Source of the DNA: a virus
IMG/VR virus record: IMGVR_UViG_3300017565_000003
Length of the DNA stretch: 64,000 nucleotides
Reading direction: 5' to 3' (one strand)
The translations under genes and the position numbers were made by a program. Position 1 is the first letter of the stretch. Each line of letters starts with the position of its first letter. The notes beneath the pieces were generated by a model. That model was not told the origin of the DNA and did not search any database. It was given only the letters and a program-made list of their open reading frames with translations. Shown piece by piece: positions 52,738-62,830 of this stretch.

Positions 52738-53469
52738 GTGATCGATATAAGATACTTTGGAGGAAAGGCTAGAATTGCAAAGCCTATAGTTGAATATTTA
52801 AAGTCGATTAGGGAAGAAGGTCAGCCATATATAGAACCATTTGTAGGTGGAGGTTGGGTAATGTCACTCATGGATGGCGAAAGAATTGCTTGTGACAAAC
52901 ATACATATTTAATTGCAATGTACAAAGAAATTCAAAATGGTTGGATTCCACCTACTAATCTTACAAAGGAAGAATATGAGTATATTAAAAATAACAGAGA
53001 TGAAAAACCGTATCTTACTGGATTCGTAGGTTTCGGCTGTAGTTTCGCAGGAAAATGGTTTGGTGGGTTTGCTTCAAGCAAAGATAGAAATTATTGTTTA
53101 AATGCTCATAACTCCATAATGAAGAAGATGGAAACAATGAAAGACGTTAAATTTTATGATTGTGATTATAAAGAAATAAACCCAAAAGGATTATTAATAT
53201 ATTGTGATCCTCCTTATCAGGGAACTACTCAGTATGGCTTAGTGGGAAACTTTGATTCAAATGAATTTTGGGATGTAGTAAGAGAATGGTCAAAAGATAA
53301 TATGGTGGTAGTTAGCGAATATAACGCACCAGAAGATTTTGTTGAAGTGTGGTCTAAAGATGTTAAAACAGATATAAGAAATAAAGATAATAAAAAAGAG
53401 CAACGTATTGAAAAATTATTCTTACATAAAAGTAATTTAAAACAAATTATACATAATGAAACTGCTTAA
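52738..53469 (+). CDS. Dam-like DNA adenine methyltransferase (true start probably ATA 52747)
   Basis: RYFGGK, YIEPFVGGG, YCDPPY. Confidence 0.85.
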   Translation: MIDIRYFGGKARIAKPIVEYLKSIREEGQPYIEPFVGGGWVMSLMDGERIACDKHTYLIAMYKEIQNGWIPPTNLTKEEYEYIKNNRDEKPYLTGFVGFGCSFAGKWFGGFASSKDRNYCLNAHNSIMKKMETMKDVKFYDCDYKEINPKGLLIYCDPPYQGTTQYGLVGNFDSNEFWDVVREWSKDNMVVVSEYNAPEDFVEVWSKDVKTDIRNKDNKKEQRIEKLFLHKSNLKQIIHNETA

Positions 53470-54055
53470 AAGCTATATTATAATCAAAAATAAACTAAAT
53501 TATAAAGGGGATGGATAACATGAACAAGTTCTCGATTGGCGAAAAGGTTGTGGTAACAGGTAAGGAAGGTATTGGGACAGTTAAAACTATTAAGAAAACA
53601 GAATTTATCAACGAGGATCTTAATGTAAGCACTTCGTATGAATACTTAGTACAAGTCGGTGAGTCCTGGAATAAAAAGTGGTATCAAGAATCAAATTTAA
53701 GTTATTATTTAAATGATGAAATCTCAGTAAATAAGGTATTAATTAACGTAAATTTATTACATAATTTAGAGTTTGCTAAACAATTAAAATATGAGAATGA
53801 TAAATTGGAGATAAAAAAGAATGCGAAAAGTTAAGTTAGAGCTACATAATCATAAAGGTGAAGTCGTCAGTGAAGATGAATTGGTTATTTCTGAAGGTGA
53901 TAAGATTATTGTTAGTGTAAATAAGGATGTTACTCAGAAGGAATTCACTGAAATACATAATATTGTTGATAAATTTCTTACAACAGATAGCAAATTACTT
54001 TCATTACAAAATTATGTAGAGCTGAAGATTTTAAAAGTAAAATAATCAACATGTA

Positions 54056-54102
54056 TGTCTATATGTAGTGTCTAACTTAGTCACAACCACTATATATAGA
54101 CA
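54056..54102. promoter_or_regulatory. Tandem NrdR-box-like sites
   Basis: CTATATGTAG (54059) and CTATATATAG (54090), 31 bp apart. Confidence 0.65.
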
Positions 54103-55367
54103 TAAAATTAACATAAAACGAGAGTTTTATTTAAAGGAGATTGATAGTATGAAATTCATTAAAAGTTCTGTCCCAGATGTAAAAGTAGAATCTGCCAACA
54201 GTGATACATTTGAAATTAAATCAATGCAATATTTAGACGAATCAGATGACAGAGTTTATTTAAAATGTGCCGAGTATGTAGAGCAGTTTAAAAGAGGATT
54301 TGTGTGTGACTTGGTGTGCGAATATGAAACTGTTAACGCCAATCAAGAGGATAGTGAAACACAAACTGATAACATTAGAGACTTAGTTTTAGTATACGTA
54401 AATAAAACATATGACAATGAATACGTACCAGTTTTTGAATACATATTTTTCAAATAGAACAGGAGGAAATTAGTGAAGAAGTATTTTGTAAGATGTTGCT
54501 CTCAGAACGATCAGAATATAACACTTAAAATTAAAGCTGAGAGTGAAGACGCAGCAAGGGATGAGGCATATAAAACATATAAAGTTAAGCAAGTATTTAA
54601 TATAAGCGAGGAAACACCAAAGGTTAATTGTGAATGGGGGAGAAAACACTCTTCTCCACATATTATCCAGCGTAAAGGTAAGTATTTGACGGTGTTTTGT
54701 TAATTTATTTGAAAGGGGTAAACTATGAAATCTTACATATCTGAGCATACAAAAGATTCACTTAAGCAGCAGACATCTGTTTCAATAGATTTAGTGGATG
54801 AATTAAGGCGAGCATTTGAAGAGGATAGAGAAGCGATAAAAGATAGTAAATGGCCTGAATACGAAGCATTTATAGATAAGATCCTGGTTAGACTTGAGCA
54901 ATTAAAAGCTGAATTGGAAGATATATAAAATAAAAATAAATTTATCTAATTTAGGTATTTACATAAATAAAATTAACTGTTATATTATTAGTACAGACAG
55001 AAACAACCACGACAAGCTAATAAGAGAGTGAGATACAACACTCACTCTTACTACATACAAAGGGGATAGAGAGTTGCAAAACGTAGTGTTTGAAACTTGG
55101 GCTGTTGTTGGAATGGGATTAGGAGTCTTAGGGTTATGGGGATTAGGAACAATGTTCACTATGGCTATTTTAATAGCTGGCAGCAGAGCAGATGACTTGA
55201 TGTATGGGGAGGATCAATACAATGAACAATCATGAGAAAGTGTTAGAACTTAGACAACAAGAAAAAGAATTGATCAGGCAGCGAGATAATATAGAAGATA
55301 TGTTAGAGGAAATTTACTTTAGGATTGATAAGTTACAAGAAGAAACACAGCGTGAAAAGTTACATAA

Positions 55368-55418
55368 TTGATTAAATGGTTTATCTCGAATATAATCTAA
55401 TATAAGAACAAATATTCG
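55368..55418 (+). promoter_or_regulatory. SigA promoter followed by a near-consensus LexA box
   Basis: TTGATT-17-TATAAT; AGAAC-AAAT-ATTCG at 55405-55418. Confidence 0.55.
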
Positions 55419-56875
55419 GGTAGGTGCTAAATGTGAAGGCGAACGTTCCAGATGAATACGAAGATACAGCTTATGAATATACATATAATAGGTTAATGGT
55501 TGATGTATTAAATAAGAAAATTGCTAGAGCTGAATCAGAAGGTAAAGACAGTTATAAGAATTGGCTAGAAGGTAAATTGAAACAAGTGTTAGCTGAACAA
55601 GGTGAGATGAGAAAGTTTCTAAAGGAACATAGGATCAAGGTAACTGAGATTGAAGAGGTTGATGATTTATTCGTAATGTATAAGATTTTTGTTCACAGTG
55701 AGAATGGTGGATATAAAGAAGGTCACCAGAAGATATGGCGAGCAGCATTAAAGAAAAGATTAGCTGATAAATTAAATGAGTTGTTGAGTTAGCATAAATA
55801 GAAACTTTACATTAAGGAGAGATGATGATGAGTGAGATAAATTTTATCAAAAGAAATGAAAATGGAAAGTTGGAAGTGAACAGAAATGAGTGGTCGATGT
55901 TCAGAAATGGTTTATTATCAATGGCTAGTAACGAAAGGGAATTAGAGTTTATCGGACAACTCGTGGAAGATTTACAAATGGAGTATGAAGAAAGATTAGA
56001 GGAATTTGAAGAATTGCTGTAATTTAGAAGCCAAGGAAATAGTTCATAAACAAACTTACCTACTTTGAAAGGTGGTGAGTGATACGAGTAGACTTAACAG
56101 GGTATGTATGGTTTGCACCGAATATATTGATGGTATTGTACATAGTTGTTTCTTTCCAGTTGATAAAAACGATAGATTAGAAGTCACAGGTCATGAGATG
56201 TGTTTGAGAAATACTATTAGTAGCTGGGATGGTAAGAAGCGTGGACTTGAGGAGACTAAGAGAGTGTTAGGATTGGAGGTTGAGTAGATGAGGTTGCAGT
56301 TAGATGATAGATATTCTATTAGTGCTGACAAGATGAATTTCACATTACATAGATTAGATGATGTTAAAGATAAAGAAACCGGTGAAGTAACTGGACAGAA
56401 GGAGAAGGATATTGGCTACTTTGGGTTACACCTGGATCATGCTTTAAAACGCTATGCAACTGAGAAGATTAGGGACACAGAAAATGTCAATGTTGATGAA
56501 TTGGTTAGTGTGTTAAAAGGCTTAGAAAGACACATTGAGCGAGTCGTTAAAAAAGAAAATATCTATTATGTTCCGAAGGAGGGGAAAGAGTGAGTTGGAT
56601 TGACAGAGACCTACAATCAAAACAGGTATTAGAATCGGATTTAAGCAACCGTGAAAGAGAATTAATTAAGCTGTATGTCAATTGTGCTATCAAAGAAAGA
56701 GTTAATCCTAAACGTTGGCAATACTTTGACGGTATTCAAACAGGGATAGCACAGACATTGAGGCTACTTGAAAGAGAAGATATATGGGATTTAATTGCTT
56801 ATGAATTTTCTTATCATGATGAATTAATATAAATTTCGGTTTTTATCTTAAATAAATTTAATATGAGGTGATTAA

Positions 56876-57562
56876 ATGAGTAATCGTAAAGCAGAAGTGT
56901 TAAATAAGTATCTATACAATCTATCGCAGCTAGGATACACAAGAGATGATGAGAAAGTTAAAGCTATTATAAAAGAAATTGAAACTGAGATGGGATTATT
57001 GACAAATGATCCTTCTGATACAGTTGTTAAGGATAGTAGTAAAGCCTTAGTCATTGCGATAAAAGATTGTTCAGGATCAATGGGATTTTGGGAGAATAAT
57101 GTTGGCAAAGAATATTATGAATTAGCATTACGATCTTTGAAGGAAAAGTATGTTGATATAAAGGAAATTTTTATCAATCATTCAACAATCGCAAATGAAT
57201 CTGAAAAGGAGAAATTCTTTGTAAAATATGAATCAGGTGGAACCATTATGAGTTCTGGATTAAACGCTTTAGTTAATCATTTACATACAGATAGAGAAGT
57301 AATTGTCATTCAAATCTCTGATGGAGATAATTTAAGCTCAGATAATGGTAGATGTGTAAAATTACTTACTGATGAAATTCTTCCTAAAGTTAAATATTTT
57401 AAATACATAGAGACAAATCAATACAATAGACATTCTACTATTCTAAGTGTATCTGGATATAAGAAAATCGAAAACTTTGACAACTTCTCGAAGCTGATTA
57501 TTAAAGCTAAAGATGATGCATTAAAAGGTTTACGATTAGCAGAGGAAATTAATTCAATTTAA
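56876..57562 (+). CDS. YhbH/YeaH (DUF444) C-terminal vWA-like domain protein
   Basis: DCSGSMG, FINHS.IA.E..FF..ESGGTIMSS, SDGDNLSSDN. Confidence 0.75.
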   Translation: MSNRKAEVLNKYLYNLSQLGYTRDDEKVKAIIKEIETEMGLLTNDPSDTVVKDSSKALVIAIKDCSGSMGFWENNVGKEYYELALRSLKEKYVDIKEIFINHSTIANESEKEKFFVKYESGGTIMSSGLNALVNHLHTDREVIVIQISDGDNLSSDNGRCVKLLTDEILPKVKYFKYIETNQYNRHSTILSVSGYKKIENFDNFSKLIIKAKDDALKGLRLAEEINSI

Positions 57563-57905
57563 TTAAAAGATTTACTATATGGAGAAATGAGGTGAGTAAT
57601 GAAGATGACCCTCGAAATATTAGTTGGAATTTTAGCTGTATTTTTCCTTTATATATTAATTGCTATCGTATGGCAGCAGGTTGAGTTAAAGTTTTATGGT
57701 AAAATAACACCTAGAAAACTGGATGATATTATTGCTATTATCTTGGCAATTTCACTATATTTTAATCTGAAATAAATCATAAAAATAAATTTAATTATTA
57801 TATTTACAATAAATTAAACAAGTGTTATATTAAGCCTACCACTTATAAGGAGGTGAGCAATAGTTTTATCGGACTAAAAATTAAATATTAAAGGGGAGAG
57901 AATAA

Positions 57906-58229
57906 GTGGGGAAAGTTAAAAAGTATGTTCCAAAAAGTTTCGTATATTCTGCCAGGGAAGTTACAGATGAAAAGGAAGCTATTTCACAGTATGGTTCAAT
58001 GCCAGTTTGCAGCGATGAAATGATACTTACTGATCTATACGGTAATGAACAACCTGAGTCAAAGGAACACTTACAAGAACGTTACATAGAAGTTGAAATC
58101 GAAGAGGATAAACTGAAAGTTGATAAGGATGAAATGGCCTATCAATATGCAAACTTTTACTTAAACAATACTGAAGATGAGTTATACATAAGCTTCCAGG
58201 AGGAAGTAAGAGAAAGAAATAACAAGTGA
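57906..58229 (+). CDS. Hypothetical protein
   Basis: GGGGAG RBS. Confidence 0.6.
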   Translation: MGKVKKYVPKSFVYSAREVTDEKEAISQYGSMPVCSDEMILTDLYGNEQPESKEHLQERYIEVEIEEDKLKVDKDEMAYQYANFYLNNTEDELYISFQEEVRERNNK

Positions 58230-58307
58230 TGAGAGTTAGAATTGATTAGAATAGTTTATATAAGTAAACTAAACATATAAATATATTAGGAAAGAGTGTG
58301 AAGTAAG

Positions 58308-58529
58308 ATGATTAAAATGTACACTAAAACAGTTTGTCCTAAATGTATGGTAGCAAAAGCCTTTTTTACCAACAACGATGTGGATTTTGAAGTTGTTAAT
58401 TTAGATGAGGATCTAGAGTCTGCTGAAAAATTACGTAAATTAAACTTTATGGGTGTACCAATTGTTGAACATGAGGGTAAGTACTATACAAATACGGCTG
58501 AATTCCAGGAGCTTGTAGACAGTCTGTAA
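58308..58529 (+). CDS. nrdH: NrdH-like glutaredoxin
   Basis: CPKC redox motif, GVP; first gene of nrd operon. Confidence 0.85.
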   Translation: MIKMYTKTVCPKCMVAKAFFTNNDVDFEVVNLDEDLESAEKLRKLNFMGVPIVEHEGKYYTNTAEFQELVDSL

Positions 58530-58903
58530 TGATTGTTTATACATCTAGAACAGGAAACGTCAGGTATATAGAGAGTAAATTAAACTTACCTAGCTGTGAA
58601 ATACATGATGGTTTAGTAACGACTTACCCTTACTTTCTATTTACCTATACAGATGGACTAGGAGATATTCCAAAACATGTTGTTGAGTTTTTAAATATCA
58701 GCAACAATCAACAAAACTTAAAAGGAATTATTGTTTCTGGTAATACAAACTTCGGTGATTCTTTCTGTAAGCCTGCTGAAACAATTAGTAAGTGGTTCAA
58801 CATACCAATCATCAGAAAGATTGATCTAAGAGGGAACAAGGAAGATTTAACAGTCATTAGACAACAATACTACAAACTTATAGAGGTGAATGACAGTAGA
58901 TGA
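58529..58903 (+). CDS. nrdI: Class Ib RNR flavodoxin
   Basis: YTSRTGNV, TYTDGLG, SGNTNFG. Confidence 0.92.
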   Translation: MIVYTSRTGNVRYIESKLNLPSCEIHDGLVTTYPYFLFTYTDGLGDIPKHVVEFLNISNNQQNLKGIIVSGNTNFGDSFCKPAETISKWFNIPIIRKIDLRGNKEDLTVIRQQYYKLIEVNDSR

Positions 58904-60993
58904 AAGAGTATTTAAAGTTAAACAATGAAGTTCTAAACACTTACTCATTAACTGGAAAGATTGATAGAGAAAAAGATGCTGAAGCAGCAAGACGTTATTT
59001 CTTAGATGAAATTAACATTAAAACTGTGTTCTTTCATAATTTAAAGGAAAAGTTGGATTATTTAGTTGAAGAAGGTTATTACGAAGAAGGATTTATAGAT
59101 AAATATGATTTCAAATTCATCAAGAAAATCTTTGACATTGCTTATAAATATAAGTTCCGTTTCCCAACGTTTATGAGTGCTTTTAAGTTTTATAACAACT
59201 ATGCACTTAAAACAAGAGATGGAAAGAACATTCTTGAACGTTATGAAGATCGAGTAGCTATTGTTGCACTATACTTGGCAAATGGTGATGAAAAGTTTGC
59301 TGAAAAATCAGTCCGTCATATGATGGAATCCTACCAGGCAGCAACTCCTACAACCCTTAACTGTGGTAAAAAAGCTCGTGGTGAGTTTGTATCTTGCTTT
59401 AAATTAATGGTTGATGACTCAATGAATAGTATTGCTCATAATATCGGAAATGCCTTACAGCTATCAAAACTAGGCGGTGGCGTGGGCATCTCACTTATCG
59501 ACCTAAGATGTGCTGGTGATCCAATTAAAGGTGTAGAAGATAGAGCGAGTGGCGTAATGCCTGTTGCTAAACTTCTTGAGAATAGTTTCAGTTATGCCAA
59601 TCAACTTGGAGCAAGGGCAGGATCAGGCGTGGTATGGTTAAACATTTTTCACGGTGATATCATCGACTTTTTATCAGCTAAGAAACCAAACGCAGATGAA
59701 AAGATTCGACTTGCAACATTATCAACTGGAATTGTTATACCTGACATATTCTTTAAATTAATGAAAGAAGATAAAGACATCTTCTTATTTAGCCCATATG
59801 ACATTCAAAAGAAATATGGGAAACGTATGTCTGAGTTGTTTATGTCAGATATTTATTATGAGTTACTAGATGATCCAAATGTACGTAAATTAAAGAAAAT
59901 CAATGCACGTAAATTATACACTGAAGTCAAGAAAACACAGATAGAATCAGGTTATCCTTTTGAAATGAATGAGCAGAATGTACATAAAGGTAATCCTCTA
60001 AATAAATTAGGAAAAGTAAAGATTTCTAATCTCTGTACGGAGGTGCTCCAGCTACAAGAGACTTCAGAGATTAACGATTATGATGAAGTTGATTTAATTG
60101 GTCAAGACGTATCATGTAACTTAGGTTCACTTGATATACATAATGCAGTAAAAACTAAAGACTTCGAAGACTTGATTGAAACATCAACTCGATTATTAAC
60201 TGCTGTTTCTGATATGACTAATATTTCAAATGTTCCTTCAGTAGCAAAAGGTAATGAAGAGATGCATTCAATTGGTCTTGGAGTTATGAATACTCATGGT
60301 CATTTAATGGCTAGCGATATTAGATACGGAAGCAAAGAATCGATTAACTTTATTGATGTGTTATTCTCTGCAATAAACTTCTATTCTATCAAAGCATCAA
60401 ACAAGATTGCTAAAGAAAGAGGAATTACATTTAAAGGCTTTGAAAAGTCTGATTATGCAACTGGTATTTATTTTGATCAGTACATTAATACTCCAATCGA
60501 AATTGAGTTTGATAAAGTAAAAAAAGCTTTAGGTAATGTTAAACCAATTACAACTGAACAATGGAAAGAACTTAAAGAGGATGTAATGAAACACGGTCTA
60601 TACCATTCATTTAGACTTTGTGTTGCTCCCACAGGATCGATTTCATACGTGAGATCAGCGACAGCCTCCCTCTCACCAATCACAGAGCGTGTTGAAGTTC
60701 GTGATTACGGTGACAGTAGAACAATCTATCCAATGCCATTCTTAACTGCTGATAACCATGAAGACTATAAAGAAGCATATGAGATGGATATGTATGAAAT
60801 GGTTGATTTATATTCAACTGCACAAAAACACGTTGATCAAGGATTAAGTATGACGTTGTATATTACAGATGAATGGGATACAGAGCGATTGACACGTTTA
60901 TATTATTATGCTTGGTTAAAAGGAATTAAAACAACCTATTATGTGAGACAACGAATGAGAACATTGGAGGAATGTGTTTCATGCTCAATTTAA
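58900..60993 (+). CDS. nrdE: Class Ib ribonucleotide reductase alpha subunit
   Basis: ATPT, VSCF, SNLCTE, SCNLGS, APTGSISY, C-terminal CVSC. Confidence 0.95.
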   Translation: MKEYLKLNNEVLNTYSLTGKIDREKDAEAARRYFLDEINIKTVFFHNLKEKLDYLVEEGYYEEGFIDKYDFKFIKKIFDIAYKYKFRFPTFMSAFKFYNNYALKTRDGKNILERYEDRVAIVALYLANGDEKFAEKSVRHMMESYQAATPTTLNCGKKARGEFVSCFKLMVDDSMNSIAHNIGNALQLSKLGGGVGISLIDLRCAGDPIKGVEDRASGVMPVAKLLENSFSYANQLGARAGSGVVWLNIFHGDIIDFLSAKKPNADEKIRLATLSTGIVIPDIFFKLMKEDKDIFLFSPYDIQKKYGKRMSELFMSDIYYELLDDPNVRKLKKINARKLYTEVKKTQIESGYPFEMNEQNVHKGNPLNKLGKVKISNLCTEVLQLQETSEINDYDEVDLIGQDVSCNLGSLDIHNAVKTKDFEDLIETSTRLLTAVSDMTNISNVPSVAKGNEEMHSIGLGVMNTHGHLMASDIRYGSKESINFIDVLFSAINFYSIKASNKIAKERGITFKGFEKSDYATGIYFDQYINTPIEIEFDKVKKALGNVKPITTEQWKELKEDVMKHGLYHSFRLCVAPTGSISYVRSATASLSPITERVEVRDYGDSRTIYPMPFLTADNHEDYKEAYEMDMYEMVDLYSTAQKHVDQGLSMTLYITDEWDTERLTRLYYYAWLKGIKTTYYVRQRMRTLEECVSCSI

Positions 60994-61940
60994 AACAATA
61001 CGAGGGCATCAACTGGAATAGGCCTACAAGTGAATTAGCAGATGTATTTTGGAAACAACAAACTAAGCAATATTGGTTGGAAACGGAAATTCCGGTATCG
61101 AAAGACCTTCTTAAATGGAAGTCATTTGAGAATCAAGATACATATAGAAAAGTATTAGGTGGCTTAACGCTGCTTGATACTATTCAAACGAATATTGGGA
61201 TGAATGAAATTGTTAAACATTTAGATGACTTACAAGAGAAAGCAGTATTAACTTTCTTTGGTGCAATGGAAGCTATTCATGCTCGTAGTTATAGTTATAT
61301 ATTTACTACACTTTGTTCTAACCAGGAGATTGATGAAGTATTCCAATGGGTTAAGGAAAATGAATATCTACAATATAAGGCCAATAAAATTAGTGAGCAA
61401 TATAAGAGTATCACAGATAAAGAGTCTTTATGGAAAGCAATGTTCTCATCTGTATTACTAGAAAGTTTTTTATTCTACTCAGGATTCTTTTATCCGTTGT
61501 ATTTAGGTGGTCAGGGACTCTTAAAAAACAGCGCAGAGATAATTTCTCTAATTCTCAGAGATGAAAGTATCCATGGGGTTGCAGTTGGTTACTTTGCACA
61601 AAATATATTCAAAGAATTCAACAAAGAGAAGCAAGATGAGTTAAAGTTGTGGGGATATGAATTTCTTCTAGATCTATATGAGAATGAAATGAAATACACT
61701 GAAGATTTATATAGCAATGTCGGCTTATCATCAGAAGTTAAAAAGTATGTGAGATACAACGCCAACAAAGCGTTAGCAAACTTAGGCTTAGATAAAATGT
61801 TTGATGATGAAGTAATTGATCCAATTGTTATGAATGGTATTAGAACAGATAGCGTTACACACGACTTCTTTTCGCAGAAAGGAAATTCATATACAATTGC
61901 TAATGTAAAACCAATTACTGATGATACATTTAAGTTTTAA
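60981..61940 (+). CDS. nrdF: Class Ib ribonucleotide reductase beta subunit
   Basis: GLTLLDT, EAIHARSYS, RDESIHG, HDFFS. Confidence 0.95.
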   Translation: MLNLKQYEGINWNRPTSELADVFWKQQTKQYWLETEIPVSKDLLKWKSFENQDTYRKVLGGLTLLDTIQTNIGMNEIVKHLDDLQEKAVLTFFGAMEAIHARSYSYIFTTLCSNQEIDEVFQWVKENEYLQYKANKISEQYKSITDKESLWKAMFSSVLLESFLFYSGFFYPLYLGGQGLLKNSAEIISLILRDESIHGVAVGYFAQNIFKEFNKEKQDELKLWGYEFLLDLYENEMKYTEDLYSNVGLSSEVKKYVRYNANKALANLGLDKMFDDEVIDPIVMNGIRTDSVTHDFFSQKGNSYTIANVKPITDDTFKF

Positions 61941-62008
61941 TTATTATAAATAAATTTAATTGTATGTATAGAGGGCTTTAGTGTCCTCTATATTAAGGAG
62001 GACTGTTA

Positions 62009-62803
62009 TTGTATAAACTTTATACTACTAATGGATTTGAAGTATTAGTGGATAAGGATATTTATGAAAAATTCAAAGATAAGAAGTTAAACACATCTGG
62101 TAAATCTTCATCACCTTATGTACAGATATATAGAGATGGTAGAAAAATATCCTTGCATAGAATAATTATGAATGCTCCACCAGGTAAGGTAGTTGATCAT
62201 ATAAATCATAATACACTGGACAATAGGAGAGAGAATCTAAGGGTTTGTAGTAACTCAGAAAATTTAGCTAACGCTAGAAAGACTACAAATAGGAAAACAA
62301 CTTCCAAGTATAGAGGTGTATATTATGAAGAAGGTCTTAATGCTTGGGTATCGAGAGTTTACAAAGACGAAAAAAGAGTTTACTATGGGGTATTTAATAC
62401 AGAAGAATCGGCAGCAAATGCATTTAATTATTACCTACTTAAACATTACGGGGAATTTGCACATTTAAATGATGTTCCGTATATGAGTAAGGAAGAGTTT
62501 GAAAGAGAAAGACATATAAAACAAGTGGCTAGATATAAATCTCGATTCAAATATGTAAACTGGGATAAACAGCATGAAAAGTGGAGAGTAGTAGTTAGAC
62601 ACAAGAATGAAAGATTTCACCTAGGTAGGTACATTAATGACGTTGAATGTGCAATCCTTATAAATCAATTTTACATACATAATAACTTAATTGAACTATC
62701 TAAAAAGGATATTGTACCAAAGGAATTAAATATTCTTACAGAAGAAGAACTTGCAACCGTTAATGATGAATTGAAGGAAAAATACTTAAAGCAAATTACA
62801 TAA
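62009..62803 (+). CDS. HNH-AP2 homing endonuclease
   Basis: LHR.IM..VDHINHNTLDNRRENLR; SKYRGV..YGVFNTEESAA AP2-like domains. Confidence 0.85.
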   Translation: MYKLYTTNGFEVLVDKDIYEKFKDKKLNTSGKSSSPYVQIYRDGRKISLHRIIMNAPPGKVVDHINHNTLDNRRENLRVCSNSENLANARKTTNRKTTSKYRGVYYEEGLNAWVSRVYKDEKRVYYGVFNTEESAANAFNYYLLKHYGEFAHLNDVPYMSKEEFERERHIKQVARYKSRFKYVNWDKQHEKWRVVVRHKNERFHLGRYINDVECAILINQFYIHNNLIELSKKDIVPKELNILTEEELATVNDELKEKYLKQIT

Positions 62804-62830
62804 ATAAACTAATCACAAAGGAGACTACAT

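Larger units (their letters stand above)
53511..56832 (+). other. Array of small hypothetical ORFs (53511-53834, 53821-54045, 54149-54457, 54473-54703, 54725-54928, 55424-55792, 55822-56022, 56072-56287, 56288-56593, 56590-56832)
   Basis: ORF track with RBSs. Confidence 0.65.
2054..56845. repeat. Dispersed 16-bp inverted repeat TAAAA-N6-TTTTA at accessory-gene boundaries
   Basis: Perfect copies start at 4105, 8977, 10437, 10606, 20714, 25957, 30719, 34243, 49335, 52691, 54114; about 20 more copies with 1-2 mismatches. Confidence 0.75.
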
